Shown: positions 12,130 through 26,951, numbered from the stretch's first letter. The stretch: 64,000 bases of DNA from the human T2T-CHM13v2.0 reference genome, Homo sapiens (GCF_009914755.1 NC_060926.1), one strand, 5' to 3'. A program made the numbers and translations. The notes: generated from the sequence alone by a model not told the origin.

Positions 12130-14130
12130 CTCTGTACCCTCAAGAATACTGCTTCTCCTGTAAGAGTCTCAACTGGTAGCTGTTTCACTTTCCTTACTCC
12201 TGATATCATGGAGATGTGAAAGATACCCTCCATGTCACATCCAATCTCTTTTCTTCCCTTTTCTTTCAAAACTCCTAGCTTCAGTGATGTTCCTTCTTCA
12301 TCCCTAGGAACAACAGATTTAAATTTGATGTCATCCTGCTTCTAACAAATATCGTAGACACTTAGGCTTCGTCTCACATCCCATAGAATTTTACCTCCCA
12401 GTTTACTGGCTGTCTGTCCAACATGACTACCCTCATAACTCTTGAAGCTTTAAATATTGACATGGATAACTCACTCAACAATCATATTTGTACCCTAGAA
12501 CTTACCATTACTAATAAGCACAAACTTTCCATAATGTCAATTTCAAGAACATTGCTCTCTAATTCCACCCTATCCCTAAGTTACATGCTCTAAGATCCCA
12601 ACACCAATAACCAGAACCTAAGATTTACTGCCCCTCTTGTATTACATCATTCCTCTCTTATTTCTTATCTTCTTTTATATCTTTACCCAGCTTAAATTTC
12701 ATGGTAAAACATTATAATCAATCCCTTGCCTGTGTCTTCAACTCCCTTGGTAACACCATAACCCTGGTTCACATTCTCTGCATACCCTGAACCTATATAT
12801 ACCTACTTGAGCTTAGTGGTGTAAAACACACTATCATGCTGATTGTTCACATAGAAAAGCATGTTTACCAGCTTCTTACATACTCCTACTGCTGCTCAAC
12901 AACTGTATTAGGTGTTTCCATTCTCCATTCAATCTGCCATTTTCCAAGACGACCATTTCAGACACTGTCCTTTCTTCACAAACCTCCAAAATCTACACTC
13001 TTATCTGATGAGGTCAGCTCTTGCTTTATGAAAAGAATTGTAGCAGCCAAAATATCTTCTAGATGCTTCCACCACTATTACAGCCTCGTAATAGTTTCTA
13101 TGACAATGTATACATTTTTCTTGTTTCATTAGAAATAAATTATTCATGCTTCTATCCAAAGGCAACACCTTCAGTTGTACAATAGATTCTACTATCACCA
13201 TTTTCCTGAAGTACATCATTTCTTCAATTTTTGCCTCTGTTTTATTTATTTTTAGGTATGTGCATGATCTTTCACATCTGTGTGAAAGATGTAGCTTTTT
13301 CTCTTATCTTAAAACAAATTAAAAACTGCCGATCCTGCCTCTCCCTCTGCTTTATATAAAAACCTGTTTTTTTTTTCTTTACAACAACACTCCTTACAAC
13401 ACTTCACTTCCCTCATTTATTTTAATGTTTCTTTTCATATTACCCCTTGAGCCCATTCCAAACAAGCCTATTGCTCTTGTCACTGTAACAGAACTTCTAA
13501 TACAAGGTCAGCAATGACTTCTTAATCACTGAATACTATAGTCAATTCTTAGTCTTCATCTTGCTTCATCTATCTGCAGTATTTGCCATTCTCATCTTTA
13601 CAACACCATTTTTAACTTTTTCCGGACTGTCACCGCTCTCCTGGATTTCCGTCTATACTCTTACTTTGCATTTGCTGCACTGTGTTCTCTCATTTCCTGC
13701 TCTAAAAATATTGGAATTCCCAAAAGCTTAGTCCTTGGATTGCTTAAGTTTTAAAAAAATTGATGTGTGTACACTTACCCAATATCATTCAGTCATATAT
13801 TTTTAAATGAAGTTTTTATACTAGAGATTTTAAAATTTATATCTTGTAACTAGATTTAACACTGATTCAAAGACTTTTATAGTCAACTTTCTACTTGATA
13901 TGTATACTTGGTTTTCTAATATGCAACTCAAAACAATCATACCCCAAACTTAGCTCTCAGACTCTAACATGTCATCAATACCACCACTTCTTCTTACAAT
14001 CTTTGCCATCTCAGTTTAAGGCAACTGCGATTTTTATTTTATAATCCTGTGAAATTGTATCTGTTACCTGCGTCTTTGTAGAGGCCAAAATAGGCTTGGC
14101 ACAAAATATATTCTTAGTGTGATAGATTCT
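12130..14130 (+). mobile_element. L2 (ORF2 remnant through 3' end)
   Basis: C/T-rich L2 motifs: accctagaacttaccattact; gtcaattcttagtcttcatcttg; aggcttggcacaaa. Confidence 0.7.
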
Positions 14131-14169
14131 AAAGATATCTTCTTTAAAAGGATATTTAAGATGTCCTCT

Positions 14170-15900
14170 TAAATGTATTCAATTAACATTTTCTTTGTCC
14201 TAACATCAATATTAACACACTTGTATTTTGGACATATGTCTGATATTATTTTATTTCTTTGCTACATCTATTTATGAGTCATTTTATTTTTTAAGATTAA
14301 ATGTTTTACGCTCTTTTAAACAAAAGAAAAGAACTATTTTAAACCCAGTTTGAAACTAAGTATTTAAATTGTTTTTAGATATTGATTTGATTTGTGATTA
14401 CTGCGATGTTTAAATCATTTTTAACAACTTCTTTTACGTTTTCTTTCTCTACTTTAAAAAATATTATTCTTGTCTTTTGATGAATTCATGCAGTTATCTT
14501 ACATTTACTTTTCTCTAATGGTTTGAAAGTTTGACATCTCATTGTTTTTCAAATGGTTGCCCTTGAAATTTTAACATGTGTATTTAAGCTTTGCTACTTC
14601 CATGCAATGCATTTGTTAATCATTTTCTTTATATTTTCCTCATATAAATCAAGAATCTTAGCAATTATTTTGCTCTTCCTCCCACCTCTGCCATCTTCTA
14701 TATCAGCACATTGAAAAGCCTACTCTACATTAAGATAATCAATAAATTAATTCTAAAATAAAAATTCCCATTGTTTTCTTCAAAAGCTATCCTTATTTAT
14801 GCCTAAGCATAAATTATACTGGTTTTATTGTTCTTCACTATTTCTTATACAATCTCTCTCTCAGACTTATTGCTCCTTTTTTCAAAATGTATCCTCTAGT
14901 AATTCTTCCAGACAGGAGTGGACGGTTGGGAAACATTGTGTGTTGAGGCATGCTTTCAGTGTTTTTATTTTGCACTCATAGTTGAATGTTAGTTTGGTTG
15001 AATAAAGAGTTCTAGTAAAATAGTCATCACATTTAGACAGATAATCCTTCAGTCTTGCACTTACTATTACTAATGAGAATTCAGAAGTCTTTCTGCTGTT
15101 ATTCATTTCATAGCAGCCTCTACTTCCATCCCATCCCATAGAACTTCCAATGGAGTTATCCTTGGTGTTCTGAAATTTCTTTCTGATATGACAATGTATT
15201 GGTCATTTTAAATTTGCTTTCTTATTTTAGGTAGACAATAAAATCTAAGGACTTGTGTTTCCTTTTCAGAACTTTTAAAATAACTTTTAAAAAATATGTT
15301 TTAACTATCTTCCTACCTACTCTCCCCACTCTGTTGTCACTTTTATATATAACAAGTACTGATGGATGATGGAATTTGATGTATTCTTTTGTGTATTAAA
15401 TTTTATTTTCTCTCCTTGCCTTCCTCTCCCCTTCCCTGTCCCTCCTCTGTCTTATACACATACACACACATACTGACACACACTTGTGTGATGTATTGTA
15501 GAATTCATTGACCAATATCCCAGCTCACTGACTGAATTTAGCTGGGTTCTTTTAACCTCATCTACTGATGCACCACCCAATATACTTTTGATTTTTGTTT
15601 ATCAACTTTCATATTTCTCACTTCAGTGATGTGAATTTAGATTTTTATACCCATAATTGCATTAATATTTTCATAATATTTTAAAGTCTGCCCACATATG
15701 TTCTGGAAAACACAAAGTGATTGCACACTGTTTTGTCTTATTCTCCATTTCATTTATAATATCCAACTTATCCCATCACGTTATAAGTATTTTTTAACTT
15801 CATATGATTTTTATATCTCTTATATTTTTCCTTTTTTAAATTCACTCTGCATATCTGGAGCTCTGTCTTGTTTGGTTTAGTATCGGTTTTCCAATGTCAT
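14170..15900 (-). mobile_element. Old L1M5/HAL1-like (ORF1 region)
   Basis: ttgaatgttagtttggttgaataaagagttctag; ccttggtgttctgaaatttc; T-rich antisense pattern. Confidence 0.55.
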
Positions 15901-17422
15901 TCAAGTAATTTGGGTACTGGAAGAATCGGGTTAATTGATTACAAATATACTGCAGTGCAAGAAATAGGGTTTAATAAATTCAATGTCTCATTTGTTCAAA
16001 TAGGATTTAATGTTCACTGCCAGTCACACATTGGCTGAAATAATATTTCCCAGAAATAACAAAGGGTCACAACACAAGTCAGAATCGTCATCCTGGGAGA
16101 AATCATAGAGATTAAGGTCGCCAAGGAAACTTTTTTGTTATATAATTACTTTTATTTATGTGAAACAAAACCTTGCCTTATCTAGATAGCATATGACTTA
16201 GTAATAGAAATTCCTATACAAATTATAATGTGTGTAGCAATTTATATCACTGAAGCAGCCATTGTGAACTAAACAATTAGTACCAGATAATGAGTAATAA
16301 TTTCAAATGAAGACAACCTAGAATCATCGCTTCATTTTGATGGTGACAGTTCCAGAATGTCAAAGAGATACTAGACCCACAAATGATAATTAAATTACCT
16401 ACATTCACTCATTTGTATTGCAATAATTAAGGATTTACATGCAAGAAGAACTTAGAGCCCCCACAGTCAGAGATATTGAATATGCAATAATTATTTCATG
16501 CCTACCAAATGGCTAGACACAATCTCAATAGCTAATTTAAATCTAATGGTTGAACTAATCAATCCCAAGTTAAGAAAAGAAAAATTGTGAAAAATTTTAA
16601 ATGGGCTATAACAGAAAGACAAAAAAAAAAATTACCCAAGGTAGCCTTATAGAAGTATTGCAATTTCCATTCTAGGAAGTATTATGATTTTTTTTTTTTT
16701 TTAGTATTTCTTATAAAATAAAAAGAGAGTTAAGAAAATCTGTTTTTAACTTTAGATAGCAATGACCTTATCTTTGAACTCAAAGTCATTGGAAATATTA
16801 TTGAGTATTGAGATTCACTATTATTTATAAAATACAAATTCAATTGTATTCTATTTGAGGTAAAAATTTGTGGAAAGAAGCTTATGGGCTTGAGAGTAGA
16901 AGACATGGTTGAAGACGTCACACAGCAAGAGAATTAGTTCCTGTATCAAAGGGGCAAAAGTGAAATTACAAAGTATTCCTGTGGTATTGACTGTCATCAA
17001 AGATGAAAATATATAAAAATAAATAGCAAATAAAGTGACATTAGAAACTCTTCAGGATCAGAGTCTTCCCTTGAAGCTACATGTGGGTGAAATGTGAACC
17101 TTCACAACGAGGCTTCACTGTAAAGTGAAAGAAAGCTTATAGAAACGAACACATGTTCACAATTATTTGTCTATAATTTTGAATTCCAATATCTGAGATT
17201 TTTTTTTTTTGCATAACCCACTTGGCAGATTAGCACGACCCAATCTAAGGCAACCTAGAATCTTTATGTATATCAATCAGTGTGGGTTTTCACATGTTCT
17301 GCTGAAGAAATATCAATGGCCCCGACCCTCCTGTGAACTGTTAATCATATATTGTGTATCTTCCTTTGAGAAAATTTGAAATCTGAACTATAACTTGTTC
17401 CAAGTGTTTTAAGAAGAGATGG

Positions 17423-17777
<355 letters not shown>

Positions 17778-18482
17778 CTATGTGCTATTAAATATACAAT
17801 TCTATTTATTTATTCTCCATTTATATATCCAATAGAGTATGACCTTTTCAAGCAGCTAATTATTCCAACAGTGTTTCCATGTATGGATTTAGAAACTATG
17901 TGCATATGGTTGTGCACATAGGTGGGTGTATAGATAGGTATCTGGATAATATTGATTTAATAGTTTTTAGTCATGACTGATTTCTGTCCTGAGAGGATAA
18001 ACATAAAACACATCTGATGGCATTTCAATGAAAAATGCAAGTAATCAAAAATGCAAGTAATGGATAATATTGTTGGAGTTTGAGAAATGTTTTTTAATAA
18101 AATAAAAACATAAGACTGATTTTTGCACTACATTTCAAGCATTTTGTACGTGTATTATAATAAGGCAAAATGATTTTCCAAAAAGTTTAGTCACTAAGTA
18201 TTGAACTTTATCAAGTAGTCATGTCAACGGCAGCAATTTTGTTGCAACACTACTATATGGATGTTTAAAAAGTCATTCTTCTAACTTGAAAATAAAAACC
18301 TACATTTTCTAATGCAGAGTAACAGGACATATTCATTGGCATTTCATTACTTTTTATTTGGAAAATGACTATTTGCTACCAATTCTTCTCTGTGGCAATC
18401 CCAGTGCTTTTCCATATGTAAAAACATGAGATCACAGTATTAATACCCTACCTTTTATATATGCATGATTATATATATATTT

Positions 18483-18484
<2 letters not shown>

Positions 18485-18524
<40 letters not shown>
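18485..18524. repeat. (GT)20 microsatellite preceded by a (TA)n run
   Basis: Read directly from the sequence. Confidence 0.95.
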
Positions 18525-18527
<3 letters not shown>

Positions 18528-19149
18528 CTGACCTGAACCAATTTGTTCATTAGGCAATTATTGGATTATTTTAGTAAATATCTGTAGGCTCTGATCATTA
18601 TAGAGAGAACCTTTGTAATTCCTCACACACAGCCCTACTACCAAGTAAATATTATAATTTTAAAAGTTTTGTACTAGGTTTTTCCAAATTTACAAATATT
18701 TATTGACAAGCAGGCACAAAAATAACTACAGAATCTGTTCTAAAAGTTCAGGGAAGCCTGACTCTATGCTCTGTCCTCGGGCATTCCAATAGGCCTGTTG
18801 ACAGAAACATTCATCTATGGTATGTACAACAATATTTTTACAGCATAATAAGCCAATCTTCTAGGATTCTTAGGCAACAGAGTGCCACATGAAATGGGGT
18901 GATACAAAACTAAAGAATTATAGCACTGAATTGAATCTTCTGAAGTTGATGGAATTTCATACCCTATTTATGCTGAAGCAGTATGCACTATTTCTAACAA
19001 CTATATTTCTTAAATATCATGAATGCCAATAATTTAAATTAAATTTCTTAATTCAAATATTAAGTTTCAGTTATGTTAAGTGCTCACATAACTACTTCTG
19101 AAATATGGATTCCTGATCATGATATGTCAAATTCTCGTGTTCTCCTCTT

Positions 19150-19260
19150 GTGTATAGAACACATTTGGAAATGTATCCGAAAGTTTTTGGATGTTATAGT
19201 GACTTAAGAGAACTCCTGACATTTTGTATGTGGAGACCAGGGATACTTTAGCATTGTAGA
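19150..19260. mobile_element. MER20-like hAT-Charlie fragment
   Basis: acatttggaaatgt...tttttggatgttatag...ggagaccagggatact. Confidence 0.45.
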
Positions 19261-19359
19261 TACATTTAATTAGAGCCTCTGCAAAAAAAGTAAGAGCAAA
19301 ATATATGAATGTATGCTTTTCTCTAATGTTTGAGAATGAAAAAAAATCACACTTTTCAG

Positions 19360-20340
19360 TTCACTCCTTCTTGTACTCCAATGATACACATTAGACTTTC
19401 TAATTCTATCTTTCTTATCTCTTAATATCCCCTTCCTCTTTTCAGTCTCTTTTACTTTCTACTTCATTCTATATATTTTATTCTTATTTATTTTCCTGCG
19501 TGTTATCTTTCTCTGGAGCCGTGTTTAATCTACTGTTTAAATTTTTGGATAAGTTTATTTAAATGTATAAGTTTATTAGTTTTAGTAATTTTAGTTACTT
19601 TTAGTTTCATTTTCTCTTATCTTTCTGATGTATTCATTTATAAAAATATCTTAAAAATGACAATTTTTGTGATTTGATCCCTTATGTTCTTAAACACTTT
19701 CACAAGCAGTTTTTAAAAATATTATTTATGCAATAATTCTAACACTTTTAGCATTGGGTAGTCTAAATCAGTTTTTTATCATTTATGTAAATTCATCAAA
19801 GTGGCTTGCATTTTTGTATATTCCTCATCTTCGATTGTGCCTTCATTTTTTAACATTGTTTGCTTTTAACTGTGGAACTTCTAAGACTTAAATGGGGAAT
19901 TTCAATAGTGTTCCTGCTTACAGGACTTGCTTTTACTTTTTTTTCTTTTTTTTTTTTTTCCCGAGACGGAGTCTCCCTCTGTTTCCCAGGCTGGAGTGTA
20001 GTGGCGTGATCTCACTCACTGCAACCTCCGCCTCCCGGGTTCAAGTGATTCTCCTGCCTCAGCCTCCTGAGTAGCTGGGACTACAGGTGTGTGCCATCAC
20101 GCCCGGCTAGTTTTTTGTATTTTTAGTAGAGACGGGGTTTCACCATGTTAGCAGGATGATCTCAATCTCCTGATCTCGTGATCTGCCTGCCTTGGCCTCC
20201 CAAAGTGCTGAGATTACAGGCGTGAGCCACCACATCTGGCCGCTTTTACCATTTTTAAGAGGTAACAAAGGGAGTGACACTGATCTGCGACTGCATCAGC
20301 CCTCTTAAACAATTTCAGTTCTGCTGTAGGAGTTTCTTAT
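19360..20340 (-). mobile_element. Old L1M/HAL1-like fragment interrupted by an Alu
   Basis: T-rich antisense ORF1-like sequence (tctctggagccgtgtttaatctactgttt). Confidence 0.4.
19937..20241 (-). mobile_element. AluSc, TSD GCTTTTAC
   Basis: Full antisense Alu with poly-T; TSD at 19929-19936 and 20242-20249. Confidence 0.95.
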
Positions 20341-21594
20341 CTCATTGTTGCTCAAGAATCAGTAATGCCAATAGCAATATTTTCAGTCTAACCTCCTTTT
20401 TACAGATGACCTAGTGTGTGTGCTGAACATATTCCTTGGAGGACAGCCCTGGCAATATTTATCAATATCATTTAAAATAACTGGCCTCACAGAAAGACTA
20501 TCATATGCATGGCATAATTGTTCCACATGATCAGTGTCTTTTAGAACATACAGCCATACGTGATGCTGGTAGCAGAAGTTAGATGTTTAAGTTCCTTCTT
20601 TCTACAATACCTAAATTCTACAATTTTTCATTTCTCAGTACCTGAAGGACTCCAGTTATTTTTGTCACAATCATAACAATTCTGCTAGATTAATAAGCTC
20701 TATTATCCTACTTCTTAAATGCTCTGGGGGAAAAAAAAGCCTGTCAGCTTATTTTAAATAGAGAAAAGCAGTGAATACAGGAGCTCCTTGAGTTTAATAT
20801 TAACAAATTTTTAATGAAAAATATTAATTATAAAGCAACTCTAGGCTGAATTATAGGTACACATAGTATAAAGAAATACTAAATGAATCCACCCAGATGG
20901 TCTCTCTGAAACTCCCAGAGTATAAATTGTGTTTATTAACTTAATGTTCAAAAAGATCTTAGATTCCTCATATCTTCACTTACGTAATAATATATGTAAC
21001 ATTTGCAGGATGTTTCTATGTCCTGTTGATATTTTTCACCTAAAAGCACTTTGGGAAAATAATAATTATTAACACTCACAGATTTCATGTTGAGCTTGTA
21101 CTATCTACTTCTCCCTTCTCATACTCCACCATGCATTCTGTCGTCTATATCAAAACTTTCATTAAGATGTACTGCATAAAAAATTTTTTTTGATTTCTAC
21201 TACTCTACCGATATATGTCTCTTTCAATATTATTTTAGATAAATAAAGCTTCTAACTGAAATCGGACTACTGATGTGCACAAATGGCAACAATTCAGTGT
21301 AAGTTCTTCATGCATTCACTTTATCTTCATCAGCAGGAATAGCAATGAAAAATGAAAGGAGATGAAATGTTCACTTCAAAACTGATGATAATTATAAGTG
21401 AATGAAGTTGATCAGAATATTTTCATCAGAAAAGTATAGACCTTAAAGATTTGTTACACACTTTTGTCTACTGTGAATAGAATATATCCTGGTGGAAAAA
21501 CAGAACTAATAGGAACATAGCATTTTAAATTAGGGATCTGCCTGCATACTGAAACCATTCCATGATATATTAGCACACCCAATATGCCCTTTAT

Positions 21595-21630
21595 AGATGG
21601 CGTTTTCACTGGCACGTCACAACCGGAAGT
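21595..21630 (+). promoter_or_regulatory. Compact YY1 / ATF-CREB / ETS motif cluster
   Basis: AGATGGCG (21595-21602), CACGTCA (21613-21619), ACCGGAAGT (21622-21630); three CpGs in CpG-poor surroundings. Function is inferred only. Confidence 0.35.
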
Positions 21631-22409
21631 AAATGTGGGAAAAATCTCTTAATTTCAAAGGCTATGCACTTATAGCAAAATGACATGAGATTACTGTGCC
21701 ATTCTTAGAGTTTGCTCAAAAATGTTTTTGTATTTTAGTTCATTTAACACACATAGCAACCCATAATTAGTGTTGAATTTATATCATCATGCTTACTATT
21801 TCACCACTAACATGTTTTCCTGAAAAAAAAGAGAAGTTAAAAAATCCATGAATATCACTAAACTAAATGGACCGTAACCTTTGAAAAGTACAAATTATTC
21901 CTCCTTCTCTGTTTTGTTTGCTAGTAGATTTTGGGAAGTGATGAGTTAGTGAATGAATTATAGTGTTCATAATTCATACCTCACTCTACTACCCCCTGTC
22001 ACCTCAAATAGTAATCATTTATCTTAATATACTTCCTGGCTTAACTTATCACTCCCTTAAAATGGGTAAAAAGTAACATACATTTTCTTAATCTAAAGAA
22101 GACATTAACTTTATCTATTCTTTCTTTTAGAAGAGAATTTGTTATCATAAGTGAGGTTGCATATATAAAAATAGTGGGAGCATTTTTCTACATGTGTGGA
22201 GACTGGAGAACAAGTGAAAGAGTTAGAGTATGTTCTTTTTTTTTAGATGTTCAGACTGCTAAGTCTTCTGAAATGCAACGCAAAAGTCCAAAGGTTTTAA
22301 GCGTAGCCACTAGAATTGGATTATTCATTTTTAATAATTTTTAACCAGTCCCAATTATTACATGAGCACTGAGATAGGCATTGGAAGTATATATGTATCT
22401 GTGTGTGTG

Positions 22410-25250
22410 TACTTACGTGTCTTTGACATTTAGTTTTGGTAGTTTTTATCTTTCAAGCAGTCATTCTATTTCATCTAAGATATCAAATACAAATTTGTGG
22501 GCCTAGAATTGTTTATAGTATTCCTTTATTAGCATTTTAATATTGCCAGTAGTGACGGGCTCTCTTTCGTCCTTTTGTATGTGTTATTTATTTATTTATT
22601 TATTTTTGAAATTGATCATTATATCTTCCCTCTTTTATTTGGGGTTAACAGGGCTAGGGATTTATTTTACTAATCCTTTCAATAAACCATCTTTTGACCA
22701 GACAGAAAGGCTAGGTTACCTAAAAAGGCAAGCCCATCAGACTAACAGTGGGCCTCTCAGCAGAAACCCTACAAGCCAGAAGCAATTGGGGGCCAATATT
22801 CAACATTCTTAAAGAATTTCCAACCCAGAATTTTGTATCTGGCCAAACTAAGCTTCATAAGCAAAGAAGAAATAAGATCCTTTTCAGACAAGCAACTGCT
22901 GAGGGAATAAGTCACCACCAGGCCTGCCTTGCAAGAACTCCTGAAGGAAGCACTAAATATGGAAAGGAAAAACCATTACCAGCCACTACAAAAACACACT
23001 GAAGTACATGACCAGTGACATCGTGAAGCAACCACATAAACAACTCTGCAAAATAGCTAGCTACATCATGATGACAGGATCAAATTCATGCATAACAATA
23101 CTAACCTTTAATGTAAATGGGCTAAATGCCCCAATTAAAAGACACAGACAACATGGCAAGCTGGATAGAAACTCCATTGGTATGCTGTCTTCAAGAGCCC
23201 CATCTCATGTGCAAAGAGAAACACAGGCTCAAAATAAAGGGATGGAGGAAGATTTACCAAGTAAATCGAAAAGACAAAAAAAGCTGGGGTTGCAAACCTA
23301 GTTTCTGACGAAATAGACTTTAAACCAACAAAGATCAAAAATACAAAGAAGGGCATTACATAATGATAAAGGGTTCAATTCAACAAGAAGCGCTAACTAT
23401 CCTAAGTATATATGCACCCAATACAGGAGCACCCAGATTCATAGAGAACTCCAAAGAGACTTAGACTCTTACACAATAATAGTGGGAGACGGAGACTTGA
23501 ACACCCCACTAACAATGTTAGACAGAACATTAAGACAGAAAATTAACAAAGATATTCAGGACCTGAACTCAGCTAGGGATCAAGTGGACTTGATAGATAT
23601 ATAGAGAACTCTCCACCCAAAAACAACAGAATATACATTCTCATCGACACACAGTACTTACTCAAAAATTGATCACATAATCTGAAGTAAAACACTCTCA
23701 GCAAATGCAAAACAGCTGAAATCATAACAGTCTCTCAGACCAGAGCATAATTAAATTAGAATTCAATGTTAAGAAACTCACTCAAAACCACACAACTACA
23801 AGGAAATTAAACAACCTGCCCCTGAATGACTTGTGGGTAAATAATGAAATTAAGGCACAAATCAAGAAGTTATTTGAAATTAAAGAGAACAAAGAGACAA
23901 CATACCTGAATCTCTGGGATGCAGCTAAGGCAATGTTAAGAGGGAAATTTATGCCCTCATCAAAAAACTGGAAAGATCTCAAATCAACAACCTAACATCA
24001 AAACCATAAGAACTAGAGAACCAAGAGTAAACAAATCCCAAAGCTTGCACAAGACAAGAAATAACCAAGATCAAAGCAGAACTAAAGGAAAGGGAGACAC
24101 AAAAAGCCCTTTAGAAAACCAACAAATCCAGGAACTGTGTTTTTGAGAGAAAAATAAAAATAAATAAAATAGATTACTACCAGCTAGACAAAGATCAAAA
24201 GAGAGAAGAATCAAACAGACACAATCAACAATGATAAGGGAGCTATCACCACTGACCCCACAGAGATACAAACAACCAGGAGAGAATACTATAAACACCT
24301 CTATGCACATAAACTACAATAGAAAATCTAGAAGAAATAGATAAATTCCCGAACACATACACCCTCCCACGACTGAATCAGGAAGAAACAGAATCCCTGA
24401 ATAGACCAATAACAAGTTCTGAAATTGAGGCAGTAATAAATAGCCTACCAATCAAAAAAAGCCCAGGACCAGATGAATTTACTGCTGAATTCTACCAGAG
24501 GTACAAAGAAGAGCTGGTACCATTTTTACTGAAACTATTCCAAACAATTGAAAAGAAGAAACTCCTCCCTAACTCATTTTATGAGGCCAGCATCATCCTG
24601 ATTCCAAAACTTGGCATAGATATTAAAAAAAAAAAAAAGAAAAGAAAACTTCAGGCTGATTGTCTCTATTGTTTTCCTGTTTTTCAATTTCATTGCTTTC
24701 TGCTGTAATTATAATTATATACTTTATTCTGCTTGCTTTAGGCTTAAATTGTTCTCTCTCCCTAGTTTCCTAAGGTAGAAACTTGGATTATTGATTTTAG
24801 ATCTTTCCTTTTTTCTAATACATGAATTCAATATTTTAATGGAGAATAGGCCTTTGTTACGGACAATGCTCTGGGCATATTTTATATGGTTACCTTTCTA
24901 TTTCCTATGCCAGTCCATAAGGAGACCTTTCTTGACTCTATCATTGGTATCTGATGAAGTTCCCAATGGCAAAAATTCATGAATTTGGGACCTGCCCCCA
25001 CCTCCATGACTGAGGCTCCCAGGAGTTTCTCACTCTTATGCTTGTCTACACTCAAAACAGCCTCCAGTAATTCATTCCAGTTACCATTTATATGTTCTTA
25101 CTAGTTTATGGCTTCAGGTAAGCAGATCTCAACTATTAGTCTGAAATAGCCTATATCTCTAGATTTCCCAGTAGTGATTTATTGTGTGATCTCTGTTCAG
25201 TAAGAATGGGAATGACAGCTTCAAAGCTCTTTACATGTCAAAGCTCCCCC
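22410..25250 (-). mobile_element. Old L1M (ORF2 piece fused to 5' end), host of the L1P insertion
   Basis: aataaaccatcttttg|insert|tgattgtctctattg continues the antisense L1M ORF2 consensus; the 5'-end segment is homologous to 7590-7870. Confidence 0.7.
22697..24656 (+). mobile_element. L1P (mid-aged L1PA) internal fragment: end of ORF1 through ORF2 endonuclease/Z region; no 3'UTR, poly(A) or TSD
   Basis: Translates MTGSNSCITILTFNVNGLNAPIKRHR (ORF2 N-terminus) and CCLQEPHLMC; ends at aaaacttcaggc. Confidence 0.92.
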
Positions 25251-25307
25251 TATTCAATTTTAATGTTTGTTAATTATCTATACCATGTTTGTAAAAACTG
25301 AATGCAA

Positions 25308-25348
25308 TATATATATATATGTGTGTGTGTGTGTATATACATATATAT
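25308..25348. repeat. (TA)n(TG)n compound microsatellite
   Basis: Read directly from the sequence. Confidence 0.85.
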
Positions 25349-26951
25349 TCTCAATATAAACAAGGGAAAGAAATGTCTGTCCCTACAAACAGATAATTCA
25401 ACTTAATTATAATGAATAATCAGTGATCTTAATGGGTAAGTGGTCTAGTAATTAATTACAATCAGATACAAGTGGCCATGTTTTAAGGCTTATTCCCAGA
25501 AACTCATTTGTCTGTTCATTAGGGCAAACCTAAAGCTGCATCCTGGAAATAACCATATTTTGATAAATATTTTAATTTTAAAATTAAATTTATAAATAAA
25601 TTTAGTAATAAATAACAACAAAAATATTTATTCTGTGTTGGCTCCTTACCTTCTATTCCACTCCTTATTTATAACCTCATAACATTGTTACTGTTTTTTG
25701 CTATTGTAGTGGTTGTCATGAGAACTATGTACCTTGTCTAGGCATGATTATTTTATAGATCCTACCATATACTCACTTTCTAATGCTATAAAAGAATATC
25801 ACACTTATTCTCAGCAGGATCAATTGATAAATACAGCTCTGAATTGAAAGGTTGTAGCTTTACTTTGTCTTGAACATTCCACCAATCTACTGTATAAAAG
25901 TTCAGCTATGAGAAAGGAAATTTATGAAGGATTTTCTAAAATCTATCATACATACTTTCTCCCAACAATCTAAAATTGATCCCTTAACACAAGCTAAGAT
26001 GAGGATAATAGCTAAACAATAGCTAAACAATAGCAGATAGATATCCAGTAGAACTTCTTTCACTGAATTACATTTTGCTGAGATGTCCTTAACTGCACTG
26101 AGGGCTATTTCAAGAAATGATGCCACGTATATCATTGCTATGGGCCCTAAAATGATGCTGTTGAGAAAGATCATGACATTGCATAATATCCTCTCCTTGA
26201 GGACCGTCTGACAAATTATTTGGATCAGGAAATTTTATGCTTTTCAAAAATTTGGTTTGTTTTCATCATATTTATTCAGAACCTAATGTAACTGACTACC
26301 TTTCCCACCTGGCTTTCATTACTATGAAGGTCGAAGTCAAATTTATACATTTCAAATCTAGCAAATATGTGCAACTCCATAGTTTCCATTTTATTACAAG
26401 CTTCAGTCATGCCTTCACCTACCCTCTTTATACTTGTTAGTTGTCTAATTTATCCTATTTTTAAAAGATATTTAATCCAGCATTATATATATATATATGT
26501 GAAGAACATATATACCTATATGAAAAACATATGTTCAAAAATGTTTGTAATACTGTATGGGGTATAATAACTATTAAAATCTAAGATAGAGGCATAAAGT
26601 AAACACGACAGTGGAAAAAGGAAGCAATGGCCCAATTATTTTAGAGAAAGTCTAGGGAGGATTTCAGGAGGAGCATCTTGACAAGTGAGTAGGATTCATC
26701 TGGCTGAAGAGGGAGGCAGGCATTTCTGCCAAGGGCACAATAAATGATAATGGGAAGCACAAGTAAGAGAGTATTTATTTTTTTAACAGGGCAGAAACAA
26801 CTGCATAAATGGGAGTATAAATCCTTATGCACCATAAACTGAAAAAAAATTCACCTCCTTTTAAAGAATGATGTCTATCAAAGCCACTCTGTTTTAGCTC
26901 ACTGTGCTTGATTAAGCAAAAGCTGAATAGTAGAAGATTGAATCAGCTTAC

